NCBI GenBank assembly: GCA_021741325.1
Contig: JAIOYC010000001.1
Location: 3,906 to 67,905, forward strand
From: Alphaproteobacteria bacterium
GTDB taxonomy: Bacteria > Pseudomonadota > Alphaproteobacteria > Micavibrionales > Micavibrionaceae
Length of the DNA: 64,000 nucleotides
Direction of reading: 5' to 3'
Shown here: positions 16,770 through 26,270 of the stretch, piece after piece
Layout: each line of letters begins with the position of its first letter
How positions within the stretch are numbered: the stretch's first letter is position 1
Notes under the pieces: model-generated
What the model was told of the DNA's origin: nothing
The model's input: the letters and a program-made list of their open reading frames with translations, nothing else
Database searches by the model: none
Made by a program: the position numbers and the translations under genes

Positions 16770-17273
16770 ATGGATAAGGTGCCCATGACCCAGGAAGGTT
16801 TTCACGCTCTTCAAGACGAGCTCAAAACCCTCAAAACCGTTGCGCGCCCGACTGTCATCCAGGCGATTGCGGAAGCGCGCGCCCACGGAGATTTGTCAGA
16901 AAATGCAGAATACCACGCCGCGCGCGAACAACAGAGCTTCATTGAGGGCCGGATTATCGAACTGGAGGCGGTCATAAGCAAAGCCCAGATCATTGATCCA
17001 TCTTCTTTCAGCGGTCAAACGGTCAAGTTCGGTGCTACGGTTCTGCTGGTCGATGAAAGCACGGAAGCGGAGGAATCCTATACCATCGTCGGAGAGTACG
17101 AGACCGATACGGAACAGCGGAAAATCTCCATCACCGCGCCGATCGCGCGGGCCTTGATCGGAAAATCAGTGGGCGACAGCGTCGAAGTGCGTACGCCCAA
17201 GGGATTGCGAACTTATGAAATTCTGGAAGTCGGCTTTCCCAAAGGATCTGATGAAAAAAGGAAACAGGGGTAA
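16770..17273 (+). CDS. greA: transcription elongation factor GreA
   Basis: [22 protein letters not shown] and [20 protein letters not shown]. Confidence 0.93.
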   Translation: MDKVPMTQEGFHALQDELKTLKTVARPTVIQAIAEARAHGDLSENAEYHAAREQQSFIEGRIIELEAVISKAQIIDPSSFSGQTVKFGATVLLVDESTEAEESYTIVGEYETDTEQRKISITAPIARALIGKSVGDSVEVRTPKGLRTYEILEVGFPKGSDEKRKQG

Positions 17274-17385
17274 TATTTTACCCATCATCCTGTTTTTATA
17301 CCCCTATTTATTGTTCTTTTGATGGCTGTGCTGTACGCGAAGTCCTGCACGTGATATTTTTAGAAAAAATTCGGGAAGATCGAAT

Positions 17386-18531
17386 ATGCCGCGCTCCAGC
17401 TCCCAGATCGTTCATGAATCGGAAACGCAACGACAGCATGTACGTGTGGGAATTCCGGCCATTGTACGTCTCAATGGGCGTGAATATCAGGTCAAGGATT
17501 TATCCGTGGGCGGGGTCAGCCTTGCGGATATGGGGGATATTTACCGGTCCCGACAAAATCTGAATCTTCAGCTTGTTTTTCGATTTACGGATTTTGGCTT
17601 TACGCTCGACCTCAAAGCCCAGGTCGAGTACTTTGATAAATCAAGCCGCTCTCTGGGCTGCCGTTTCCTAAATTTGACGGAGTCGCAGCTTTCCATTCTG
17701 AACTTCATCATAAAGTCGCACATGAACAATGCGATCGTAACGGAAGGAGATCTCTTGCATGTAGCGGGACGCTCGAACTTCGTTCAGGCGCGATCTTCTT
17801 TGGGGGTCAGCCCCGAGGAAGACCGGACTTCCCGGGTACGCAAGGCCGTTTTTATCGCCTTCATCGCCCTTTCTGGAATGCTGGGATTGTTTTTTATTCT
17901 CGGAAATATTTATGAAAGCGTATCCATCATCAAGTCTTATCAAGGAACGGTGAAAGGAGACACCGTTCTTTCGCGGACCGCCAGCGAAGGAACCTTCCAC
18001 TCGCTCTTGCCTCCTGGCACCAAGCGCGTTGGACAGGGCCAGGCTCTTGCGGAAATTAACGGGCTTACAATCGGGCCAGCGAGCGCGGACACAAGCCCCC
18101 CGCTTAAGCCTTTTCCTGACAATGTGGGTCTGGCCCCAACCACGGCCGCACCTCCAGCAACAGGGCTTCCTCCCCAATTCTATACGGTCAAGAGAATCGT
18201 CAAAAGTCCTTGTGATTGCTATGTCGTTCATCAGTTCGTTAGAGATGGGGAATTCCGTGGTGTGGGTGAGCCGCTTTTCAAATTGATGCCTGTGAATTCC
18301 CGTCCCTGGATTACAGCGACCATTCTGCCCAGGGACGCCCACCGCCTCAATCTCCGGAATGAGGTGAATATCCGCATCGCCGGAGAAACCGCCTTCGTTC
18401 CCGGTCATGTCGTCAGCATCGATTCTCGAGATGAGGATGTACCGATCACCACCGTCAAAATTCTTCCGCAGGCAGATCTTCCCCAAGAAGTTGTGGGGCG
18501 GCCCGCCTATGTGGAGTTTTTAATTTATTAA
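17386..18531 (+). CDS. Alg44-like protein: N-terminal PilZ (c-di-GMP receptor) domain, one TM segment, C-terminal membrane-fusion (HlyD-like) domain
   Basis: PilZ motifs RQHVR (RxxxR) and DLSVGG (DxSxxG). IVHESETQRQHVRV and SPCDCYVVHQFV are collinear with my recollection of P. aeruginosa Alg44 (VVHESEAQRQFARV, SPCDCRVVQQLV). TM segment VFIAFIALSGMLGLFFILGNIY. Confidence 0.85.
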   Translation: MPRSSSQIVHESETQRQHVRVGIPAIVRLNGREYQVKDLSVGGVSLADMGDIYRSRQNLNLQLVFRFTDFGFTLDLKAQVEYFDKSSRSLGCRFLNLTESQLSILNFIIKSHMNNAIVTEGDLLHVAGRSNFVQARSSLGVSPEEDRTSRVRKAVFIAFIALSGMLGLFFILGNIYESVSIIKSYQGTVKGDTVLSRTASEGTFHSLLPPGTKRVGQGQALAEINGLTIGPASADTSPPLKPFPDNVGLAPTTAAPPATGLPPQFYTVKRIVKSPCDCYVVHQFVRDGEFRGVGEPLFKLMPVNSRPWITATILPRDAHRLNLRNEVNIRIAGETAFVPGHVVSIDSRDEDVPITTVKILPQADLPQEVVGRPAYVEFLIY

Positions 18532-18579
18532 AATCAGGCGAACACTTATAATTTAGCGTAGCGCGCGGGAAAATTTTTA

Positions 18580-20025
18580 ATGAGTGTAATCGTCCCTGTG
18601 ATCTTGAATGGCGGTACGGGCGCCCGCCTCTGGCCCCTGAGCCGCCGGAATCAGCCCAAGCAATTTTTAAAGCTGCTGGGGGGCCGTACGCTTTTTCAGG
18701 CCACTATCCTGCGCGCGCTTGAAACATCCGGCGTGTCCGCTTCTCAGATCGTGACCGTGACGCTGGGACGTCTCAAGAAGAAAACCATCGAAGAATTATC
18801 AGCATTGGATCAAAGCTTGGCCATGCATGTTCTTGGAGAACCGGAGGCCCGAAACACTGCCGGAGCTTTTTTGTTCGCGGCGCATTATGTGCGCCGGCAC
18901 TGGGGGAAAGACGCCCTGATGTGGGTGCTTCCCTCGGATCACAATGTGGGAGATATCCAGGCCCTGAAAGAGGCCCTGAGGATCGCGCTACCCCTTGCCG
19001 CGAAAGGCTTTCTGGTAACATTTGGCATCAACCCGACCCGGCCGGAAACGGGCTATGGCTACATTCATGCCGGAGAGTCCCTGCCCGAAGAGCAAACGCG
19101 AAGAGTGAAGAGCTTTTTTGAAAAGCCCCCCAAAAAACTGGCTGAGGAACTCTATGAGTCTGGCGAATATCTCTGGAGCAGCGGCGTTCATCTTTTCAAC
19201 GCGGGCAGTCTCATTGATAATTTTATTGCATATGCGCCAGAAACCGCCGCGCTGATGACACAAGCGCTTTCTTCCAGCGCGGACGGCAAAATGCCCTCCA
19301 TGGAACTGTATGCGACCCTTAAAAAAGAACCCTACGAGAAAGCCGTTCTTGAGAAAGCCGCAGAGCAAGGTGAAAACGTCGCGGTGGTGCCGTGCGATCC
19401 GCGATGGTCAGATATAGGATCATGGCAAAGCCTTTGGGAGATCAGGGAAAAAGATCCGGAAGGAAACGCCGTCGAGGGCCGTGTCTTGTGCAAGAATACA
19501 CAGAACTGTTTCATTCACTCTTCCACCGACAGGCTGATTGCCTGTATTGGGCTACGTGACCTGGTGATCGCTGACATGGGCGATGTTGTCATGATTGCCG
19601 ATAAGAACGACAATGAGGGGATACGGACTGTCGCGGAGACGCTTGAGCAGGCTCGCATGAAAGAAGGAATCGCGCTTTCGGACGAGGAGTTTCAGTGGGG
19701 AGGCGTCAAAACGATTTCCGAGGCCCGGGGATTCAAACTTCGGGAAGTCCTTATAAAACCAGGCCAGCGGCGCAATTTCAGGATGCACCGCCACCGGACC
19801 GAATTTTGGGTTATTGCCTCCGGAGAGGCCCTTGTCGCGCTGAACGGGCAGACGCAAACCCTGGTCGCCCAGGACAGCGTTTCCGTACCGCCCGGCATGG
19901 TCCATGAAATCCAAAATCCGGGTGTTCTCGATCTGCGGATATTCGAGTTTCAGTATGGCGATCATCTGGATGAGAATGATACCCTCCAGTTTGAAGATCC
20001 GTACGGCCAGGAACTTGCGGCGTGA
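18580..20025 (+). CDS. mannose-1-phosphate guanylyltransferase / mannose-6-phosphate isomerase (ManC/AlgA type)
   Basis: ILNGGTGARLWPLSR nucleotidyltransferase N-terminus, C-terminal cupin, 481 aa. Confidence 0.9.
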   Translation: MSVIVPVILNGGTGARLWPLSRRNQPKQFLKLLGGRTLFQATILRALETSGVSASQIVTVTLGRLKKKTIEELSALDQSLAMHVLGEPEARNTAGAFLFAAHYVRRHWGKDALMWVLPSDHNVGDIQALKEALRIALPLAAKGFLVTFGINPTRPETGYGYIHAGESLPEEQTRRVKSFFEKPPKKLAEELYESGEYLWSSGVHLFNAGSLIDNFIAYAPETAALMTQALSSSADGKMPSMELYATLKKEPYEKAVLEKAAEQGENVAVVPCDPRWSDIGSWQSLWEIREKDPEGNAVEGRVLCKNTQNCFIHSSTDRLIACIGLRDLVIADMGDVVMIADKNDNEGIRTVAETLEQARMKEGIALSDEEFQWGGVKTISEARGFKLREVLIKPGQRRNFRMHRHRTEFWVIASGEALVALNGQTQTLVAQDSVSVPPGMVHEIQNPGVLDLRIFEFQYGDHLDENDTLQFEDPYGQELAA

Positions 20026-20639
20026 TGAAGAAAAAAATACCAAATCGTTTGAACGCCGCCCTTGTGCGGTCTGGATTTTGCTTTGCTGTTTTCTGGCTGC
20101 TCCTGAGCGGGTGCGCAGATATGAAGACCGCAAACAGCGCGCACAAAAACGGGGATTACGAGACAGCCGCCGCCCATTGGGAAACGCTGGCTGAATTTGG
20201 CCTTCCGAAAGCCCAACTTTCCCTGGGAAGAGCCTATATGAAAGGCCGGGGTGTGAGCGCTGATCCCGTGCGGGCGCGGGCGCTTTTCGAGGCCGCCGCC
20301 GCGCAAGGGGAAGCCGCCGCGCTCTACGAACTGGGGTACATCTACGAGAAGGGCGCGGGGGTGGAGCCGGACGGTGTCCGTGCGCTTTCTTACTATGGAC
20401 AGGCCAGCGACAAGGGCTATGTCCGCGCTGATTATGCGATGGCGCGCCTGTATGACCGAGGGCGAATAATACCCCCCAATCCTGAGCTCGCTCATGCTCA
20501 TTATATGATCGCGGCCCAGGGCGGCCTTGAAAAAGCCCGGGCTGATCTGGAGCGAAAAGCACCGATTGCCTCTGGGCCCCGTTGGCGCGCCCGGGGAAAT
20601 ATTATAGAACAATCCGACATGACGCCTGCTGACGAATAA
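20022..20639 (+). CDS. Sel1-repeat lipoprotein (short AlgK-like)
   Basis: Lipobox LLSGC. Repeated A..LG..Y..G.GV..D units (Sel1/TPR-like). The start overlaps the manC-like stop (GTG 20022 or ATG 20025). Confidence 0.7.
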   Translation: MMKKKIPNRLNAALVRSGFCFAVFWLLLSGCADMKTANSAHKNGDYETAAAHWETLAEFGLPKAQLSLGRAYMKGRGVSADPVRARALFEAAAAQGEAAALYELGYIYEKGAGVEPDGVRALSYYGQASDKGYVRADYAMARLYDRGRIIPPNPELAHAHYMIAAQGGLEKARADLERKAPIASGPRWRARGNIIEQSDMTPADE

Positions 20640-20669
20640 TAAAGTTTAAGAACGGGAAAGTCCCAATCT

Positions 20670-22082
20670 ATGCATCGTCTCTTTTTTATTTTTACCGCGC
20701 TCGTCCTCCTGCCGCTCAAGGCCCGCGCGTTCGATCCGGACTTCAAACTCAACGGGCAGATAACCGCCCAGTATAATGGTTTTGAAAACAGCGACCTGGG
20801 AACGCTCAACCGGGACTTCCAGAGCAGCGGCTCCTTGCAGCCGCGCCTGCGCCTGAGCGCTGACCTGACCGATACCCTGAGCGCCTATGTGGATGCCGGA
20901 GCCCTTCTGATCCAGGGAGATTCCGGCGCAGAAGATGAAACCGGAGAGGTCTTTAATGAAAGTTTTTCCGAACTTCGAAATTTCTGGATCAAGAAAAAGG
21001 AATTGTTCAGGGTCCTTCCTCTCAGTCTTCAGATCGGACGTCAGCGTATAAGAGAAGACAGAGCCCTGTGGTGGAACCGGGATCTGGATGCCGCCCGCCT
21101 AAATTATGACACAACGTTGTTTCATGGATTTGTCGGGCTGGGAGAAAATCTCTCTTCCTACCGCACCGGCCAGGGAAGTGATTTCAGGCAGGATGACAAA
21201 AACCGTCTGCGCGCGCTCGGCGAGGGGTCTTGGCAGTGGGCGCGGAATCATCATTTCGACCTGCGCGCCCTGTACGAGCACGACCATTCCGGCATCGAAA
21301 ATCCCGGCACGAGAATTCGCGCCGATGATCGGGATGAGGAAGACGGGAATTTTTTCTGGCTGGGTGCGCGCGCGCACGGCATCATCGCAAAAGCCGATTC
21401 CCTGGCACAGGCCATCCATTACCGCGCCGATCTCATTGGTGTGGGCGGAAAAGAAGACACGCTGACAACAATCTCCGGTCTGGGAAGCGATTTCAGGGCC
21501 GTGACAGGGGCCGTGGAGCGCGATGTTTCCGGCTGGGCTGTGGACGCGGAGATGGATGTGGAGATTAAATCTCCCCGGAAACCGCTCTTGACGCTTGGCT
21601 ACGCCTATGGGTCCGGGGATGATGATACGGCGGACAATAAGGACCATGCCTTTCGCCAGACCGGCCTTCACGGAAATTCAAGCCGACTGGGGCTTTCCAG
21701 CGGATCCGTGCGCAATTACGGCGAAGTCCTGCGCCCCGAGCTCTCCAATCTTCACATCCTTACCGCAGGGGCCGGTGTGGCGTTGACAGACTATACGAAT
21801 CTAAGTCTGTTCTATCATTATTACCACCTCGACAAGCCCGCGACGTCCCTGAGGCAGGGATCAATTTCAGCCGCCTTGAATGGCCGGGACAAATCCTTGG
21901 GCCATGCGGCCGATCTGATCTTGAACACGAACGTCACCAGCCTCCTGACCCGGAAACCTGAAAAACCGGAAGATGTCCGCCTCAAAATTTCTCTGGGAGG
22001 TTTCAGCGCGGGCGAAGCTTACGGTCCCGCAAAAGATGAAACGGCGCTCCGGGCATTTTCAGAGCTTCAGGTGCGGTTTTAG
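20670..22082 (+). CDS. alginate-export-family outer-membrane beta-barrel porin (AlgE-like)
   Basis: Signal peptide ..LLPLKARA/FD and C-terminal ..ELQVRF. Blocks LQIGRQRIREDRALWW, FRQTGLHGNSSR, YGEVLRPELSNL and GEAYGPAKDETALRAF match remembered AlgE blocks (LRFGRQRLREDSGQW, FQQTGLESNRS, FGEAFRGELSNL, GDAYGPGTDSTMHRAF). Confidence 0.85.
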   Translation: MHRLFFIFTALVLLPLKARAFDPDFKLNGQITAQYNGFENSDLGTLNRDFQSSGSLQPRLRLSADLTDTLSAYVDAGALLIQGDSGAEDETGEVFNESFSELRNFWIKKKELFRVLPLSLQIGRQRIREDRALWWNRDLDAARLNYDTTLFHGFVGLGENLSSYRTGQGSDFRQDDKNRLRALGEGSWQWARNHHFDLRALYEHDHSGIENPGTRIRADDRDEEDGNFFWLGARAHGIIAKADSLAQAIHYRADLIGVGGKEDTLTTISGLGSDFRAVTGAVERDVSGWAVDAEMDVEIKSPRKPLLTLGYAYGSGDDDTADNKDHAFRQTGLHGNSSRLGLSSGSVRNYGEVLRPELSNLHILTAGAGVALTDYTNLSLFYHYYHLDKPATSLRQGSISAALNGRDKSLGHAADLILNTNVTSLLTRKPEKPEDVRLKISLGGFSAGEAYGPAKDETALRAFSELQVRF

Positions 22083-22097
22083 CGAAATCCTTCGGCC

Positions 22098-23924
22098 TTA
22101 TACCTTTGTCTCTTCAAACAATTCCGCCAATTTTCCAACTAGGGCCTGCGCCAGCTCGTCCGCGTCGGTGATGGTTAGGGCGCGTCCGTAGTAGCGCGTC
22201 ACATCGTGTCCGATGCCAATCGCGGTTAACTCCACCATGCTGCGATCCTCGATCCAGCGAATGACGCTGCGCAGATCCATCTCCAGAAGGGCCGAAGGAT
22301 TCACGGAAAGCGTGGAATCATCCACGGGGGCGCCGTCGGAAATCACCATCAGAATCTTCCGGGCTTCAGGTCGGCGGGCCAGACGGTTATACGCCCAGAC
22401 CAAGGCCTCCCCGTCGATATTCTCCTTCAGAATTCCTTCCTTCAGCATCAGGCCCAGATTTTTGCGCGTGCGGCGGATGGGAGCCGCTGCGGATTTATAG
22501 ACAATGTGGCGAATATCGTTCAGGCGGCCGGGATTCTCCGGACGGCCGTTTTGCATCCAGAGTTCCCGGGATTTCCCCCCTTTCCAGGTGCGGGTGGTGA
22601 ATCCGAGAATCTCGCTTTTCACTCCGCAGCGCTCCAGCGTCCGGCTGATGATATCCGCGCTCATAGCCGCGATAGCGATGGGACGGCCCCGCATGGAGCC
22701 GGAATTATCAATCAGAATGCTCACCACCGTGTCGCGGAAATCCATCGTCTTTTCCTGCTTGAAGGTAAGCGGCACCGTGGGATTGGCCACAATGCGCGCC
22801 AGGCGGGAAGAATCGATGATCCCTTCGTCGAGATCAAAAATCCAGGAGCGTTTTTGGCGCGCCATGATCTTGCGCTGGAGCCGGTTGGCAAGCTTCGTGA
22901 TAACGCCCTGATGACCCGCAAGCTGGCGGTCCAGCAACGCGCGCAGACGGGTCAGTTCTTCCGGATCGGCGAGATCCTGCGCGTCGATCTCCTCGTCGAA
23001 CTGCGTGGTGTAGATCCTGTACACGCCGCCGGGGCCGGAGACATACCCCTCCGGGCGTGGTGCGGGTGCACAAAAACCATCCTCCTCGCCCGCGCTGTCT
23101 CCCGGCGATTCCTTATCCGCGCCGGTCAGGGATTCATCCTCTCCCGGCAGAGAATCATCCTGCCGGTCTCCCTGATCGGCCTCGGTCTCCTGGTCGCCGC
23201 CTTCCTCTGAGTGCTCAGCCGGCTTCTCAGACCCCGGCGCTTCGGGAGATGCGCCCGAAGACCCTTCCGCGCCTTCTCCAGCCTCAAATCCCAGTGCGGC
23301 CAGAAGTTTTCTGGAGCGCGCGGCGAAGCCGGCCTGGTCGTGGATGGAGAGAAAAAATTCATCGAGCCGCTGGCCGAGCCGTTCCTCGATCCAGGGACCC
23401 CACAGCGCGGCCAGCGTCCGGGCGGACTCGGGAACGGGCTCCCCGGTGAGGGCCAGGCGGCCCAGCACATGAAACGCGTCAAAGGCCGGAATTTGTTCCC
23501 GCGCAGAAGCCTGGGCATAGCCGGTCCGCGCGCATTTTTCCGCCAGAACGGCGTTCATATTCGCGCCCGCGCCTCGCATCTCCGCGAAGCCCAGCGCTTC
23601 GCAGCGCGCCTGCTCCAATGCCGCGAAGACCTGGGCGGCCTCACCCTCTTGGGGCGCGGCGCGGACATGAATTTCCGGATCATGATGAGCGAGATAGAGC
23701 GCGTTGGCGTCCGCGCATCCCCGCGCCAGCCGCAGAGACCCGGGCTCAATCCTACGATCCTGGTCCAGGGCGGGCAAAGGAAGGCGGGGGATTTTACGTC
23801 CTTCTACCCTTCCGGTGGGCGGTTCATCGACCGAGAAAGAGGAGTCCAATTCTTTCCGACCCGCGATCGTGCGCACGACGGCGGCGGTGACGGACTTAAA
23901 ATTCTCAAGAAACGGTTGAGTCAT
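22098..23924 (-). CDS. cobT: cobaltochelatase subunit CobT-like protein (acidic linker plus C-terminal vWA domain)
   Basis: 608 aa. MIDAS-type [14 protein letters not shown], a central acidic low-complexity region, and an N-terminus typical of alphaproteobacterial CobT. Confidence 0.85.
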   Translation of the reverse strand: MTQPFLENFKSVTAAVVRTIAGRKELDSSFSVDEPPTGRVEGRKIPRLPLPALDQDRRIEPGSLRLARGCADANALYLAHHDPEIHVRAAPQEGEAAQVFAALEQARCEALGFAEMRGAGANMNAVLAEKCARTGYAQASAREQIPAFDAFHVLGRLALTGEPVPESARTLAALWGPWIEERLGQRLDEFFLSIHDQAGFAARSRKLLAALGFEAGEGAEGSSGASPEAPGSEKPAEHSEEGGDQETEADQGDRQDDSLPGEDESLTGADKESPGDSAGEEDGFCAPAPRPEGYVSGPGGVYRIYTTQFDEEIDAQDLADPEELTRLRALLDRQLAGHQGVITKLANRLQRKIMARQKRSWIFDLDEGIIDSSRLARIVANPTVPLTFKQEKTMDFRDTVVSILIDNSGSMRGRPIAIAAMSADIISRTLERCGVKSEILGFTTRTWKGGKSRELWMQNGRPENPGRLNDIRHIVYKSAAAPIRRTRKNLGLMLKEGILKENIDGEALVWAYNRLARRPEARKILMVISDGAPVDDSTLSVNPSALLEMDLRSVIRWIEDRSMVELTAIGIGHDVTRYYGRALTITDADELAQALVGKLAELFEETKV

Positions 23925-24025
23925 GCTGACTTTTTACAGGGCGCAGCGAGTGGCGTCGAGTGCGGTTACAGGTAGGATCTTAAAAACATTTGACAAACCT
24001 CTTCAAATAGGGTTTTCATATCTTC

Positions 24026-24109
24026 ATGACAAACCTTCGGACAAACACGCCGCGCCGACCACGACCACGTACCGCCTGACCCGCGCGCCGTGATATTTTT
24101 GTTTGTCTG
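24026..24109 (+). promoter_or_regulatory. candidate arginine attenuator: 17-codon Arg-rich uORF (24026-24079) overlapping a terminator-like hairpin plus T-run
   Basis: The uORF encodes MTNLRTNTPRRPRPRTA* with 5 Arg codons (cgg, cgc, cga, cga, cgt). Arm cacgccgcgc (24046-24055) pairs 9/10 with gcgcgccgtg (24083-24092), followed by atatttttgtttg. The element lies in the 280-nt leader of the arg operon. Confidence 0.35.
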
Positions 24110-24205
24110 AATCCCCAGACTTTTAATTTCCCCAAAAATAAAACGCCGCGCCGGGCTTCCGCCCCGGACAGCCCTGTTGTACGTTTAAACAAGAAAGACA
24201 AGACC

Positions 24206-25264
24206 ATGAAAAAGAGCCAAAAAACAATTCATCTCGATAAAATCAGCTCCGTCACGCGGAACCTGAATCTTACGCACGAAGAAGCGCTGACCGACGATCT
24301 GTCCACCGCCATGGGCACGGTTCTGGCCGTCCAGGTGCTGGAAGACAAATCCATTTACAACGAGATGGAGCTGCCCTCAGGCCGGATGTCGCGCCTCAAG
24401 AAAGGTGACGTGATCGCCGTGGCGCTGGGCGAGCGCATGGCCCTGAAGGGCTTTGCCGGGCACCTGCCCAAGAGCCTGAAAACCGATGATGTTATCCACC
24501 TTCTGAATTTCGGCGGGATCGCCGGCGAATGCACCAGCGCCAACACGAAGGAGGTCGGCGACCCCCTGCGGATCCGGGTTCTGGGCGGGATCGCGCGCAA
24601 GGGAAAGCTTGTGAATATAGGAGATGCGCGGCTGTTCAGCGAGGCTGATCGCCTGACCAACGACATTCCCCTCATCATTACGACGGGTAGCAGCATGGAC
24701 AGCGGCAAGACCACGGTGGCGGCGGAGATGACCAAGACCCTTGTGCGCATGGGCATGAAACTGGCCGGCGCGAAGGTGACGGGCGTAGGGGCAATGCGGG
24801 ATCTCTACAAGATGGAGGATTACGGCATTCGCGAAACCGTGTCCTTCGTGGATTGCGGCATTACCTCCACCGCGAATATCGGCGCCGACCAAGTCATCCG
24901 CATGACCAAGGGCGCCCTGAACTATCTCGCCAAGGGACGGCCTGATGCGATCGTCGTGGAATTCGGGGACGGGCTGATGGGCCGCTACGGCGTGCGCCCC
25001 ATTCTGGAAGACCGCGAAATTCAGAAAAATGTGCGCCTTCATGTCGGCTGCGCGCGCGATCCCGTGGGCGCGGTGAAGCTGGGCGAGGATTGCGCGGCCC
25101 TGGGCCTGCCCATCGACGTGATGAGCGGTCCCGTGACCGACAACGAGGTAGGGCAGGATTTGATCCGGGAGCATATGGACGTCCTAGTCTACAACGCCTT
25201 CAACCCCAACAACCGGTGGCTGGACCTGGTGCTGTCCCGGTGGGCGGTGGATTATGCGGCATAA
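24206..25264 (+). CDS. hypothetical protein with a BioD/CobQ/DUF1611-type P-loop; first gene of the arg operon
   Basis: 352 aa. TTGSSMDSGKTTVAAEM fits G[ST]xxxxGK[TS]. 11-nt overlap with argC. No GNAT, ArgJ or ArgE motifs recognised. Confidence 0.75.
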   Translation: MKKSQKTIHLDKISSVTRNLNLTHEEALTDDLSTAMGTVLAVQVLEDKSIYNEMELPSGRMSRLKKGDVIAVALGERMALKGFAGHLPKSLKTDDVIHLLNFGGIAGECTSANTKEVGDPLRIRVLGGIARKGKLVNIGDARLFSEADRLTNDIPLIITTGSSMDSGKTTVAAEMTKTLVRMGMKLAGAKVTGVGAMRDLYKMEDYGIRETVSFVDCGITSTANIGADQVIRMTKGALNYLAKGRPDAIVVEFGDGLMGRYGVRPILEDREIQKNVRLHVGCARDPVGAVKLGEDCAALGLPIDVMSGPVTDNEVGQDLIREHMDVLVYNAFNPNNRWLDLVLSRWAVDYAA

Positions 25265-26261
25265 AATCAAAGCTTCCATCATCGGCGCGACCGGTTATAC
25301 CGGGCTGGAACTTATCCGGTTTCTGGCCGCTCACCCGCGCGTGGAGATCGTGCATCTGACATCCCGTCAGCATAAGGACGAGGCCATCGGCGCTGTGTTC
25401 CCGCATCTGTCCCATATGAAGGCGCGGATCACGGATGCGGACCATAAAACCGCCGCCCGGGACAGCGATGTTGTCTTTCTGGCCCTTCCCCACAAGGCGG
25501 CGCAGGATGTGGTGGCGGATTTGCACGGAACGGTGAAGCTCATCGACCTGTCCGCCGATTACCGGCTGGACGACCCCGCTTCGTATGAGAAATATTACGA
25601 GGCGCATAAGCATCCCGGCCTGCTGAAAGAAGTGGTCTACGGCCTGCCTGAAATAGTGGATCACGAAAAAATTGCGGCCGCGCAAACGGTCGCCAATCCC
25701 GGCTGCTTCGCGCTGCTCGCCCAGCTTTTGCTGCACCCGTTTAAAGGTCAAATAAAGCACGCCGATATTTTCGCTGTGACCGGCTCCAGCGGCGCGGGCA
25801 AGGCCCCTACGGAGGGGACGCATCATCCGGTGCGCAACCACAACATCAAAAGCTACAGCGTCAACACCCACCGCCACATCCCGGAGATCGTCCGAGGCGC
25901 GGGAATATCGGAGGCGCAGCTCAATTTCGTGCCATCCTCCGGCCCCTTCACCCGGGGCATCTTCGCGCAGGCCTTCATCACTCTGGCTTCTCCGTCCTCA
26001 CTCTCTTTTTCTGCGGGAGAAGCCGCCTACGCCCCCGCGCCCTTTGTACGGGCGATGGACACGGTCGCCCTTGCCAATGTCATGGGCTCCAATTTCGCGG
26101 ATCTGAGCTTTAAAATGGGAACCGATGGCCGTATTCTGGCGCAAGGCGTGATCGACAATCTCGTCAAGGGCGCGGCGGGGACCGCGGTGCAAAACATGAA
26201 TTTGATGTTCGGCCTTCCTGAAACCGAAGGCCTAATGGCCCTTTCCCCTTTATATCCTTAG
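25254..26261 (+). CDS. argC: N-acetyl-gamma-glutamyl-phosphate reductase
   Basis: IIGATGYTGLELIRFL NAD(P)-binding N-terminus and catalytic-Cys block ANPGCFALL. Confidence 0.92.
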   Translation: MRHKIKASIIGATGYTGLELIRFLAAHPRVEIVHLTSRQHKDEAIGAVFPHLSHMKARITDADHKTAARDSDVVFLALPHKAAQDVVADLHGTVKLIDLSADYRLDDPASYEKYYEAHKHPGLLKEVVYGLPEIVDHEKIAAAQTVANPGCFALLAQLLLHPFKGQIKHADIFAVTGSSGAGKAPTEGTHHPVRNHNIKSYSVNTHRHIPEIVRGAGISEAQLNFVPSSGPFTRGIFAQAFITLASPSSLSFSAGEAAYAPAPFVRAMDTVALANVMGSNFADLSFKMGTDGRILAQGVIDNLVKGAAGTAVQNMNLMFGLPETEGLMALSPLYP

Positions 26262-26270
26262 GATGAAGAC

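Noticed and set aside
17274-17385. Looked for a sigma-54 (-24 GG / -12 GC) promoter upstream of the alg44-like gene, given rpoN in the window (candidate 'tggctgtgctgtacgc')
   Set aside because: The GG-to-GC spacing does not fit TGGCAC-N5-TTGC, so there is no convincing match.
24016-24207. 63-aa minus-strand ORF in the arg-operon leader
   Set aside because: It is very Arg/Gly-rich (RGRGRRGVFVRR) and is the mirror of the CG-rich leader. It has no SD and would run head-on into cobT's promoter region. The plus-strand uORF/hairpin reading explains the region better, though that reading is itself tentative.
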